This document shows positions 10,673 through 21,053 of a DNA stretch of 64,000 bases, piece by piece (the first letter of the stretch is position 1; the number at the start of each line of letters is the position of its first letter). The stretch is from Bacillota bacterium (GTDB lineage: Bacteria; Bacillota; Clostridia; Lachnospirales; Lachnospiraceae): NCBI GenBank assembly GCA_029779695.1, contig JAKPAB010000006.1, positions 6,173-70,172 on the forward strand, given 5' to 3'. Made by a program: the position numbers and the translations under genes. The notes under the pieces are model-generated. The model was not told where the DNA came from, made no database searches, and worked only from the letters and a program-made list of their open reading frames with translations.

Positions 10673-11545
10673 ATGATGCAAGACTACAAACCATTCAAAG
10701 AAGGAAAAGTAAGAGAGGTCTATGATATTGGGGATAATATCATAATGGTTGCGACAGATAGGATATCTGCCTTTGATGTTATTCTGAAAAATATGATAAC
10801 AGACAAGGGAGCGGTTCTTAACCGTATGTCAAAATTCTGGTTTGATTATACCAGTGACGTTGTTAAGAATCATATGCTGTCCATTGATACCGCTGATATG
10901 CCTGAGTTTTTTCAAGACAAGAGATTCGATGGTCGGACCATGTTGTGTAAAAAGCTAAATATGATTCCGGTAGAGTGTATTGTTAGAGGTTATATTACTG
11001 GAAGTGGTTGGAAAAGTTATCAGGAAAATGGAACAGTCTGTGGAATAAAACTTCCGGACGGACTGACTGAATCTGCGAAGCTAACCGAACCGATTTATAC
11101 TCCGTCTACAAAAGCTGAATACGGAGATCATGATGAAAACATTTCTTTTGAACAGTCAATTATTTATCTAGAAAAATATTTCCCTGGAAATGGCAGAAAA
11201 TATGCCGAGAAAATCAAGGATTATACAATCCTTTTATACAAAAAATGCGCAGATTATGCACTTTCAAAAGGCATAATAATAGCAGATACCAAGTTTGAAT
11301 TTGGACTAGATGATAACGGAGAAATCGTTATTGGGGATGAGATGCTTACTCCTGACAGTTCAAGATTCTGGCCGTTGGATGGTTATGAGGTTGGACATAG
11401 TGAACCATCATATGATAAACAGTTTGTAAGAGATTGGCTGAAGGCTAATCCAGATAGCGATTACATACTTCCTGATGATGTTATTAAGAAAACAATTGAA
11501 AAGTATAAGGAAGCTTATGAAAAGCTTACCAGCGATAAATTCTGA
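10673..11545 (+). CDS. purC: Phosphoribosylaminoimidazole-succinocarboxamide (SAICAR) synthase
   Basis: Typical long-form PurC: EGKVREVYD..., ATDRISAFD, LTPDSSRFW. Confidence 0.95.
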   Translation: MMQDYKPFKEGKVREVYDIGDNIIMVATDRISAFDVILKNMITDKGAVLNRMSKFWFDYTSDVVKNHMLSIDTADMPEFFQDKRFDGRTMLCKKLNMIPVECIVRGYITGSGWKSYQENGTVCGIKLPDGLTESAKLTEPIYTPSTKAEYGDHDENISFEQSIIYLEKYFPGNGRKYAEKIKDYTILLYKKCADYALSKGIIIADTKFEFGLDDNGEIVIGDEMLTPDSSRFWPLDGYEVGHSEPSYDKQFVRDWLKANPDSDYILPDDVIKKTIEKYKEAYEKLTSDKF

Positions 11546-11598
11546 GAAACAATTTGATTGTGTCTGTTTTTGACACTGATATATAAATAGGAGTTTTT

Positions 11599-13059
11599 AT
11601 GCTGGATAAACAATGTGATATTAATGACTTGGGAAAAAAAGAACCTGAAACCGGACTTCGCGAAGAATGCGGAGTAATGGGTATATATGATTTTGACGGA
11701 AATGATGTTGCATTTTCTCTTTATTATGGACTTTTTGCTCTTCAGCACAGAGGACAGGAAAGTGCGGGAATAGCTGTAAGTCAGACAGAAGGACCTAAGG
11801 GAATAGTTAATTCTCATAAGGATATGGGACTGGTTAATGAGGTTTTTACAGAAGAAGATGTTGAAAACCTTCATGGAAATATTGGAGTAGGACATGTCAG
11901 ATACTCTACGGCAGGAGAAAGCACCCGTGAAAATGCTCAACCTCTCGTATTGAATTATGCTAAGGGAACACTTGCACTTGGACATAACGGCAACCTTATT
12001 AATGCAGATACGCTTAGACATGAATTGTCAATGACAGGTGCTATTTTTCAGACAACAATAGATTCTGAAACGATTGCATACCTTATTGCAAGAGAGAGAC
12101 TTAATTCGAAGTCAGTTGAGGAAGCAGTTGTAAGGACAATGAAGCATATAAAGGGCGCCTATTCGGTTGTAATGATGAGCCCGAGAAAGCTTATTGGCTT
12201 CAGAGATCCTTTTGGTTTTCATCCACTTGTTATAGGAAAAAGAGATCATGCCTATTTCATTGCATCGGAGACCTGTGCCCTTGATACAATAGGTGCAAAA
12301 TATGTAAGAGATGTCAGACCGGGAGAAGTGGTTACAATTTCTCCAGATGGTATTTTCTCTGATACGACGAATTGTATTGATGAAAGAAAAGAAGCCAGAT
12401 GCATATTTGAGTATATCTACTTTGCAAGAAACGATTCTTATATTGATGGAATAAGCGTCTATGATTCAAGGATCAAGGCAGGCAAGTTTTTGGCACAGGA
12501 TTCTCCGGTAGATGCTGATCTTGTAGTTGGGGTCCCAGAATCAGGTAATGCTGCTGCACTAGGATATTCTATGGAATCGGGAATTCCTTTTGCCCAGGCT
12601 TTTGTAAAAAATGGTTATGTCGGAAGAACATTTATTAGACCCAAGCAGAGTGCAAGAGAGTCTAGTGTTCAGGTTAAGCTGAATGTTCTAAGAGAGGTTG
12701 TTAAGGGCAAAAGGATCATTATGATTGATGATTCAATTGTAAGAGGTACTACATCGGATCGAATAGTAGGTATGCTTAAGGAGGCAGGAGCAACGGAAGT
12801 TCATGTCAGGATTTCTTCACCACCGTTTTTATGGCCTTGCTATTTTGGAATTGATATTCCTATTAGAGAACAACTGATTGCATATAATAGATCAATTGAA
12901 GAAATATCCAAATTGATAGGCTCGGACAGTCTAGGATACCTTAGAATCGAGAGACTTACAGAAATGGTAGAGGGACTTCCAATTTGCAGAGGTTGCTTTA
13001 ATGGAGATTATCCAATGGAGCCTCCGAAAAATGATATCAGAGGAAACTACGACAAATAG
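11599..13059 (+). CDS. purF: Amidophosphoribosyltransferase
   Basis: Ntn nucleophile CGVMGIY, preceded by a 23-aa putative propeptide. PRPP loop DDSIVRGTT. C-terminal Cys ligands (WPCYFGID, CRGCF). Confidence 0.95.
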   Translation: MLDKQCDINDLGKKEPETGLREECGVMGIYDFDGNDVAFSLYYGLFALQHRGQESAGIAVSQTEGPKGIVNSHKDMGLVNEVFTEEDVENLHGNIGVGHVRYSTAGESTRENAQPLVLNYAKGTLALGHNGNLINADTLRHELSMTGAIFQTTIDSETIAYLIARERLNSKSVEEAVVRTMKHIKGAYSVVMMSPRKLIGFRDPFGFHPLVIGKRDHAYFIASETCALDTIGAKYVRDVRPGEVVTISPDGIFSDTTNCIDERKEARCIFEYIYFARNDSYIDGISVYDSRIKAGKFLAQDSPVDADLVVGVPESGNAAALGYSMESGIPFAQAFVKNGYVGRTFIRPKQSARESSVQVKLNVLREVVKGKRIIMIDDSIVRGTTSDRIVGMLKEAGATEVHVRISSPPFLWPCYFGIDIPIREQLIAYNRSIEEISKLIGSDSLGYLRIERLTEMVEGLPICRGCFNGDYPMEPPKNDIRGNYDK

Positions 13060-13115
13060 AGATCTATTACACTTAATGTAAGTACCTGTTTTTTAGTTTG
13101 ATAGAGGATAGAAAA

Positions 13116-14570
13116 ATGATAGAAGATCAGTATATTAGCCCACTTTCAGAGAGATATGCGAGTAAGGAAATGCAACTTATTTTTTCTGAAAATAAGAAAT
13201 TTACTACTTGGAGACGTCTCTGGATAGCACTGGCAGAGACAGAGATGGAGCTTGGACTGAGCTCTGATTCAGGAGAACCTGTAATTACTTCTGAGATGAT
13301 TGAAGAAATGAAGGCTAATAAGGATAATATTAACTATGATGTAGCAAGAGCAAGAGAAAAAGAAGTAAGGCACGATGTCATGAGTCATGTCTATGCCTAT
13401 GGTAAACAGTGCCCTAATGCCGAAAAAATAATACATCTTGGAGCGACATCATGCTATGTTGGCGATAATACGGATATTATCATAATGAAGGATGCGCTAA
13501 TATTAATTAGAACAAAACTGGTAAATGTAATTTCAAAGCTTGCAAAATTCGCAGATGAGTATAAGGATCTTCCAACTCTGGCATTCACACATTTTCAGCC
13601 CGCTCAGCCTACAACATTAGGTAAAAGAGCTACACTTTGGATGAATGAATTTATGATGGATCTAGAAGATCTTGATTACGTCCTTTCAACACTTAAACTT
13701 TTGGGATCTAAAGGAACGACTGGAACCCAGGCATCTTTTTTGGAGTTATTTAAGGGTGATAACGATATAGTAGATAAGATCGATCCGATGATAGCAAAAA
13801 AAATGGGATTTAATTCATGCGTGCCTGTTTCAGGTCAGACATATTCAAGAAAGACCGATACGAGAGTTCTAAATATATTGGCTGGAATTGCAGCCTCTGC
13901 ACATAAATTTTCTAACGATATCCGACTTATGCAACATCTGAAAGAAGTAGAAGAACCATTTGAAAAGAATCAGATTGGTTCATCAGCAATGGCGTATAAG
14001 AGAAATCCAATGCGTTCTGAGAGAATCGCATCGTTATCAAGATATGTCATGGTAGATGCTCTTAATCCTGCAATCACGTCAGCATCTCAGTGGTTTGAGA
14101 GAACTTTGGATGATTCAGCTAATAAAAGGCTTTCAGTTGCTGAGGGCTTTTTGACGACTGATGGAATTTTGAACCTTGTCCTTAATGTATCAGATGGTCT
14201 GGTAGTTTATCCAAAAGTAATCAGAAAACATCTTATGAGTGAACTTCCGTTTATGGCAACAGAAAATATAATGATGGATGCAGTAAAAAGAGGTGGAAAC
14301 AGACAGGAATTACATGAGAAGATCCGCAAACTGTCCATGGAGGCAGGTGCCAATGTCAAAGAAAAGGGAGAAGAAAATAATCTTTTGAATCTTATCGCTA
14401 CAGATTCTGCATTTAATATGACAATGGAAGAGCTGGAGAAGAGTATGGACCCTGCACTTTATGTTGGTCGTGCACCTAGACAGGTGGAAGTATATCTACG
14501 AGATATTGTTAATCCTGTTCTTTATGACAATAGAGATTTGCTTGGAGAAGAGGCAATTATCAACGTCTGA
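13116..14570 (+). CDS. purB: Adenylosuccinate lyase
   Basis: Fumarate-lyase signature GSSAMAYKRNP. GAGGA lies 6-7 nt before ATG 13116, so the track's TTG at 13098 is probably an over-extension. Confidence 0.95.
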   Translation: MIEDQYISPLSERYASKEMQLIFSENKKFTTWRRLWIALAETEMELGLSSDSGEPVITSEMIEEMKANKDNINYDVARAREKEVRHDVMSHVYAYGKQCPNAEKIIHLGATSCYVGDNTDIIIMKDALILIRTKLVNVISKLAKFADEYKDLPTLAFTHFQPAQPTTLGKRATLWMNEFMMDLEDLDYVLSTLKLLGSKGTTGTQASFLELFKGDNDIVDKIDPMIAKKMGFNSCVPVSGQTYSRKTDTRVLNILAGIAASAHKFSNDIRLMQHLKEVEEPFEKNQIGSSAMAYKRNPMRSERIASLSRYVMVDALNPAITSASQWFERTLDDSANKRLSVAEGFLTTDGILNLVLNVSDGLVVYPKVIRKHLMSELPFMATENIMMDAVKRGGNRQELHEKIRKLSMEAGANVKEKGEENNLLNLIATDSAFNMTMEELEKSMDPALYVGRAPRQVEVYLRDIVNPVLYDNRDLLGEEAIINV

Positions 14571-14661
14571 TATCATTGTTGAAAATAAATAAAATATCAC
14601 ATGAAAATTATTGCACAATAAATGGAAAAATAGTATGATTTTAAGAGTATTTATTTGATGA

Positions 14662-16065
<1,404 letters not shown>

Positions 16066-16168
16066 TTGATTAATTGTATGTCTGTTATAAAATTAAGTTG
16101 AAATTAAGTGAATTTTATGGTATTTTATTCAGAGTGTAAAAAATAAAACTCGAAATACTTTTTGGAGG

Positions 16169-16420
16169 ATGCAGGCGTTGAGTACTTTAAAAATAGTTAT
16201 AACAATTTTATTTATAATAGTTAGCGTTCTTATTTCAATCATCATTTTGATGCAGCAGGGTAAGGATGCAGGCCTCGGTTCACTTAGTGGTCAGGTTACT
16301 GATACATATTGGACTAAGAACAAGGGACGTTCCAAGGAAGGCATGATGGTTAAGCTGACAAGCGCGCTTGTCGTTCTTTACTTTATATTTGCCACCGTGC
16401 TGAACATCGGAAGCTTTTAA
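16169..16420 (+). CDS. secG: Preprotein translocase subunit SecG
   Basis: ~80-aa two-TM protein with LLQQGKDAGLG-type motif (MQQGKDAGLGS). Conserved position upstream of rnr-smpB. Confidence 0.8.
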   Translation: MQALSTLKIVITILFIIVSVLISIIILMQQGKDAGLGSLSGQVTDTYWTKNKGRSKEGMMVKLTSALVVLYFIFATVLNIGSF

Positions 16421-16437
16421 TCAAAGCATTAATAAGG

Positions 16438-16465
16438 GGCCATCGCTTAGGCGATGGTCTTTTTT
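16438..16465 (+). terminator. Rho-independent terminator after secG
   Basis: GGCCATCGC-TTAG-GCGATGGTC (one G-U pair), then TTTTTT at 16460-16465. Confidence 0.75.
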
Positions 16466-16504
16466 CTTGAAAATAGTTTTTATATCAAAATAGTTTTTAT
16501 ATCA

Positions 16505-18754
16505 ATGAGAGGATACAGTTTGAAAAGATTACAAAATAGAACATTTAAAACAACAGCAGACAAAAGAGAAGCTCTAAAGGATAAATTAACATCCAATAAA
16601 CGCTCTATAAAAAGAGTTGATAAAAGGTTTCAGGACAATACCGATCCTAATAAAAAAGGTAAGGTAAAAAACTTTATTTTTGATAAAGCATATGTACCAA
16701 TGAAATCGAAACAGATAGCCGATATTCTTAAAGTTTCGAAAAAAGATAGATCTGAACTTCAGGATATTCTTGACATTTTAGTTAGAAATGGTGAGATATC
16801 ACATGATGAGGATGGAAAATATTCACCGGTTAATGTAGAAACCATAACAGGAACATTTTCAGCTCACCCTAAGGGCTTTGGATTTGTCACCGCGGAAGGA
16901 TTTGATTCAGACTTCTTTATTTCTGAAGATCATGTTAATAGTGCAATGAATCATGATACTGTTGAGATCGTTCTTCTTCCAATTACAGAGGGAAAGCGTA
17001 GAGAAGCAAAGATAGTTAATATAATTGAAAGAGGAACTACAGAGGTGGTCGGAAGATATGAAAAGTCTTCAAGATATGGGTTTGTAATTCCTGATGACAA
17101 GAAAATATTAAGAGATATTTTTATACCAAAAAGCCAGGATTTTGGTGCTTCCAACGGACAGAAAGTCGTATGTACATATATTCATTATGGTACAGATGAT
17201 AGAAAACCAGAGGGTAAAATAACAGAAATATTGGGAGGCAAAGACGATCCTGGAATCGATGTGATCTCAATAGTTAGAGCCCTTAATATTCCATCTGAGT
17301 TTAAAACTGAAACATTGAACGAGGCGGATAAGGTTAATGTACCGGTCAAATTTGATAACCATTCAGAACGAGTAGACCTTAGGGATGTTCCTATGGTAAC
17401 AATTGATGGAGCAGAATCTAAGGACTTGGATGATGCAGTATCTATAGGTATTGATGGAGAGGACTATCTGTTAGGCGTACATATAGCTGATGTTTCAGAA
17501 TATGTAAAAGAAGATGGATCCTTAGATAAAGAAGCCAAGGAACGTTGTACATCTGTGTATCTTTGCGACAGAGTAATACCTATGCTTCCGAAGAGTCTTT
17601 CAAATGGTATTTGCTCTCTTAATGAAGGCGAAGACAGACTTGCACTTAGCTGTTTAATGAGAATTGATAAAAAGGGTAAGGTAAAAGAACATCTAATATG
17701 TGAATCTCTGGTTAATATTGACAGAAGAATGACATATGATGCAGTAAGCTCTGTTATTAAAGGTGATGATCCAGATACACTCAGGGAATATAGACATTTT
17801 ATAGTTATGTTTCAGACAATGGCGGAGCTTTCACATATTATTAGGCAAAGAAGAGAAAAGCATGGTTGTATTGACTTTGATTTTCCTGAGGCCAAGATTA
17901 TTCTCGATGAAGCCGGAAGAACAAAAGATATTGTTCAAAGAGAACGGGATGAAGCATCGCTTATTATTGAGGACTTCATGATCACAGCCAATGTCACTGT
18001 TGCAAAAGAATATGCTGAGGCCGAGTTGCCATTTTTATATAGAAGTCATGGAGAGCCTGATCCTGATAAATTGGTTAATCTATCTACCTTTATGGCCAAG
18101 ACAGGTGTTACATATAGATATAAAAAGGGTGAAACGGATCCAAAAGACATTCAAAAGATGTTAAAGAAGATCCAGGGACTTCCAGAAGAACCCGTTATCA
18201 ATCAATTTGTTCTTAGAGCAATGCAACAGGCAAAATATACAGTTGATTGTGAAGGGCATTTTGGACTTGCAGAAAAGCATTATTGTCACTTCACTTCACC
18301 TATCAGGAGATATCCGGATCTGCAGATTCATAGAATAATCAAAGAGAACTTGAGAGGTAAGTTAAACAAAAAGAGGGTTTCTCATTATAAGTCACTTCTT
18401 CCTGATATTGCCAATATAACAAGCCAGTATGAAAGAAGAGCTGATGAGGCAGAGCGTGAGACAGACAAGATGAAGAAAGCTGAGTATATGATTTCCCATA
18501 AGGGAGAGACTTTTGATGGAGTGATATCGGGAGTGACAGCTTTTGGTTTATATGTTACACTTCCTAATACAGTAGAGGGATTAGTGCATATCTCGACACT
18601 TAGAGATGATTATTATACATATATGGAAGATTCAATGGAGCTTATCGGTGAACGTACAAGACATGTATATAAAATGGGTCAGACAGTGAAGATAGTTGTA
18701 GACAATGCCGATAAAGAAACAAGACTAATAGACTTTGTTTTGGCGGAGAGATAA
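16505..18754 (+). CDS. rnr: Ribonuclease R
   Basis: RNB catalytic domain (IDGAESKDLDDAVS, HFTSPIRRYPD) and a C-terminal S1 domain (FDGVISGVTAFGLYV). The track start at 16454 lies inside the secG terminator. The real start is ATG 16505, or TTG 16520 (preceded by GAGAGGA). Confidence 0.9.
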   Translation: MRGYSLKRLQNRTFKTTADKREALKDKLTSNKRSIKRVDKRFQDNTDPNKKGKVKNFIFDKAYVPMKSKQIADILKVSKKDRSELQDILDILVRNGEISHDEDGKYSPVNVETITGTFSAHPKGFGFVTAEGFDSDFFISEDHVNSAMNHDTVEIVLLPITEGKRREAKIVNIIERGTTEVVGRYEKSSRYGFVIPDDKKILRDIFIPKSQDFGASNGQKVVCTYIHYGTDDRKPEGKITEILGGKDDPGIDVISIVRALNIPSEFKTETLNEADKVNVPVKFDNHSERVDLRDVPMVTIDGAESKDLDDAVSIGIDGEDYLLGVHIADVSEYVKEDGSLDKEAKERCTSVYLCDRVIPMLPKSLSNGICSLNEGEDRLALSCLMRIDKKGKVKEHLICESLVNIDRRMTYDAVSSVIKGDDPDTLREYRHFIVMFQTMAELSHIIRQRREKHGCIDFDFPEAKIILDEAGRTKDIVQRERDEASLIIEDFMITANVTVAKEYAEAELPFLYRSHGEPDPDKLVNLSTFMAKTGVTYRYKKGETDPKDIQKMLKKIQGLPEEPVINQFVLRAMQQAKYTVDCEGHFGLAEKHYCHFTSPIRRYPDLQIHRIIKENLRGKLNKKRVSHYKSLLPDIANITSQYERRADEAERETDKMKKAEYMISHKGETFDGVISGVTAFGLYVTLPNTVEGLVHISTLRDDYYTYMEDSMELIGERTRHVYKMGQTVKIVVDNADKETRLIDFVLAER

Positions 18755-18755
18755 T

Positions 18756-19223
18756 ATGCCTGATAAGGACAGAAAATTACTTGCAAATAATAAAAAAGCC
18801 CGACATGAGTATTTCCTTGAAGAATATTTTGAGGCTGGAATAGAACTGAAAGGAACAGAGGTAAAGTCACTCAGAACCGGAAAATGCAGTATAAAAGAAG
18901 CCTATATCCAAATAGATAAAGGTGAGATATATATCTATCAGATGCATATTTCGCCTTATGAAAAGGGTAATATTTTTAACAGAGATCCCCTTAGAACCAG
19001 AAAACTTCTTATACATAAGCAGGAAATAACCAAACTTATGGACAAGGTTAAGGAACAGGGGTATACAATTGTTCCTGTAGAGGTCTATATAAAAGGATCT
19101 CTTGTCAAGTTGGAAATTGCCCTTGCCAAAGGTAAGAAACTTTATGATAAACGTCGGGATATTGCTTCAAAGGATCAGAGACGAGAAGCAGAACGTGATT
19201 TCAAAGTTCGAAATCTAGGATGA
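18756..19223 (+). CDS. smpB: SsrA-binding protein SmpB
   Basis: NKKARHEYF...GTEVKSLR signature. ATG 18756 follows the rnr stop (18752-18754) directly. Confidence 0.95.
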   Translation: MPDKDRKLLANNKKARHEYFLEEYFEAGIELKGTEVKSLRTGKCSIKEAYIQIDKGEIYIYQMHISPYEKGNIFNRDPLRTRKLLIHKQEITKLMDKVKEQGYTIVPVEVYIKGSLVKLEIALAKGKKLYDKRRDIASKDQRREAERDFKVRNLG

Positions 19224-19341
19224 TCTCTTTTACATTTTTAAAATTTATTTTATTATGACATTTTCGTATTTATAATATTATGAATATTATGTGAACCTAC
19301 TTTAAAAATGCTAAATAAAATGTTATTCTATAATAAAGCTT

Positions 19342-19681
19342 GGGCTAGTAAAGGTTTCGACAGGGATTCTGAAGCTGGTGAAGCGAGTCGTATGGGATGC
19401 GTTAAATTCCAAAATTAAATTTTAAACGCTGAAAATAATTTAGCAATCGCTGCCTAAGGGCAACGGATCCGCCCGTTTGGACCTGCACATTCGGATACGG
19501 GTCTCAAAAATCGCAGGAAACGACATTTTCAAAGCTTTGAGATAATGTACGTATTATGAAGCTACTGAAGTATGAAGAGTGTTCTTTCTCGTCATATGGA
19601 TGGAATCTTAAATAAAGAACTACACTCGTAGAAGAACAGGGGATGGGTTTTTGGACACGGGTTCAATTCCCGTCTAGTCCA
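19342..19681 (+). ncRNA. ssrA: tmRNA (SsrA)
   Basis: 5' GGGCUAG...GGUUUCGAC pairs with 3' CUAGUCC-A, giving an acceptor stem with a G3:U wobble (alanine identity). T-arm GGACACGGGUUCAAUUCCCGU. Internal tag ORF. TATAAT at 19329-19334, 7 nt upstream. The genome reads CTA after the discriminator A, so the 3' CCA is not encoded. Confidence 0.9.
19428..19457 (+). other. tmRNA tag-peptide reading frame: (A)ENNLAIAA-stop
   Basis: GCT GAA AAT AAT TTA GCA ATC GCT GCC TAA. It has the Ala resume codon and hydrophobic ...AIAA C-terminus typical of ClpXP-type degradation tags. Confidence 0.7.
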
Positions 19682-19690
19682 CTATAATTA

Positions 19691-19715
19691 GGCACGGTGA
19701 TCCGTGCCGATTTTT
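19691..19715 (+). terminator. Rho-independent terminator after ssrA
   Basis: GGCACGG-TGAT-CCGTGCC followed by GATTTTT. Confidence 0.75.
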
Positions 19716-19746
19716 ATATATTTATAAATATTAAAAAGGTGCAACT

Positions 19747-20352
19747 ATGGAAGAAAACAGAGGAATTCATATTAATGGATTTTACTATCAGGATGTTGAG
19801 GCTGGAGAAATCGCCCAAAGAGAAGAAAAGGCAATTGATTATTTGAGAGAGCAATGTTTGACGGCTACGCCGGAAAAGGTTCTTGCGATATATGATAAAT
19901 TGCTAGATTCCAGTCTGTTTAAAACAGAAAGCGGCATAGTCTTTTTGCATCAGCTTAGAGAAAGTCTTTTGGTCGATGGATCAATAGATGCATCTCTTAT
20001 TAGAGATATTCCTATTTCAAGGGAGATCAGTGATGATGAGAAAGAAAAAACACTTAAGAAACATGAATTAGAAAAACAAAATAATGAACTTGCCTTGAAG
20101 AAAAAGGATGAGATCATTTCTAAATATAGAAATAGATTTAGAGTAGGGATGATTTTTTCGGCGCTGTTTGTGGTGGCAATTGTAGCTATGTTTTTAATAT
20201 TGAAGTCAACAAAGATGCCTACGATCATGAATTATGAAGATAAAATAGTAAACAAGTATTCTAAATGGGATGAAGAGCTTAAAGCCCGTGAAAAAGCAGT
20301 GCGAGAAAAAGAAAATAAGCTTGGTATTGTTTACGATAATTCGAAAAACTGA
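19747..20352 (+). CDS. Hypothetical single-pass membrane protein with coiled-coil segments
   Basis: Good RBS context. One hydrophobic helix (GMIFSALFVVAIVAMFLIL) flanked by K/E-rich coiled-coil-like stretches. No family recognised. Confidence 0.55.
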   Translation: MEENRGIHINGFYYQDVEAGEIAQREEKAIDYLREQCLTATPEKVLAIYDKLLDSSLFKTESGIVFLHQLRESLLVDGSIDASLIRDIPISREISDDEKEKTLKKHELEKQNNELALKKKDEIISKYRNRFRVGMIFSALFVVAIVAMFLILKSTKMPTIMNYEDKIVNKYSKWDEELKAREKAVREKENKLGIVYDNSKN

Positions 20353-20369
20353 ATACAGAGGTAATTGAT

Positions 20370-21053
20370 ATGGACAGTATTAAAATTCTTATTGCAGACG
20401 ATGAGAGCAGAATTAGAAAATTGGTTAAGGATTTTCTAATAAGGGAAGGATATATAGTTTTTGAGGCAGAAAACGGTAAAGAAGCTTTGGATATTTTCCT
20501 CGATACCCCTGACCTTAAGCTTATTATCCTTGATATTATGATGCCTTTTCTAGATGGATATCAGGTCCTTAGAGAGATTCGCAAGTCTTCTGATATTCCG
20601 GTAATTATGCTCACAGCGAAATCATCTGAGGAAGATGAATTAAAGGGATTTGAATTAGGTGTGGATGAGTACATTTCCAAGCCTTTTTCACCTAAGATCC
20701 TTGTGGCAAGGGTATCAGCAGTCATTAGGAGATCAGAAGAAATTTCTTCTGGAAGTGACAATGTCTTAAATGCTGGAGGCATAAGTGTTGATGTGTCCGC
20801 GCATGTGGCCAAGGTTGATGATAATGAAATTGTTCTTTCTGTAAAAGAATTTGAATTATTGACATACTTTATACAGAATCAAGGAATGGCTCTTTCTAGA
20901 GATATGATATTAAATAATGTGTGGAATTATGACTATTATGGAGATGCCAGAACTATTGATACACATGTAAAAAAACTCAGAAGTAAGCTTGGTGACTGTG
21001 GCAATTACATCAAGACTATCTGGGGAATGGGGTATAAATTTGAAGTCGTCTAA
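20370..21053 (+). CDS. OmpR-family two-component response regulator
   Basis: REC domain (ADDE..., LDIMMP phospho-Asp, LTAK) and a winged-helix C-terminus (...IWGMGYKFEV). Confidence 0.9.
   Translation: MDSIKILIADDESRIRKLVKDFLIREGYIVFEAENGKEALDIFLDTPDLKLIILDIMMPFLDGYQVLREIRKSSDIPVIMLTAKSSEEDELKGFELGVDEYISKPFSPKILVARVSAVIRRSEEISSGSDNVLNAGGISVDVSAHVAKVDDNEIVLSVKEFELLTYFIQNQGMALSRDMILNNVWNYDYYGDARTIDTHVKKLRSKLGDCGNYIKTIWGMGYKFEVV

Noticed and set aside
11515-12021. 168-aa ORF on the minus strand, antisense to the purC end and the purF start
   Set aside because: It is a shadow ORF opposite a strongly supported purF frame. Its I/S/F/K-rich low-complexity translation is typical of antisense frames in AT-rich DNA. 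It has no RBS and no recognisable motifs.
16454-16504. ORF-track N-terminal extensions: rnr at 16454, hisF at 27123, gpsA at 53479, ylxM at 41859, parE at 55809, ackA at 33038, rplS at 45711, smpB at 18735
   Set aside because: Each extension runs through a terminator, a promoter or the upstream gene. Each also has a better in-frame start with a canonical RBS 5-8 nt upstream, and the extensions do not match known N-termini of these families.
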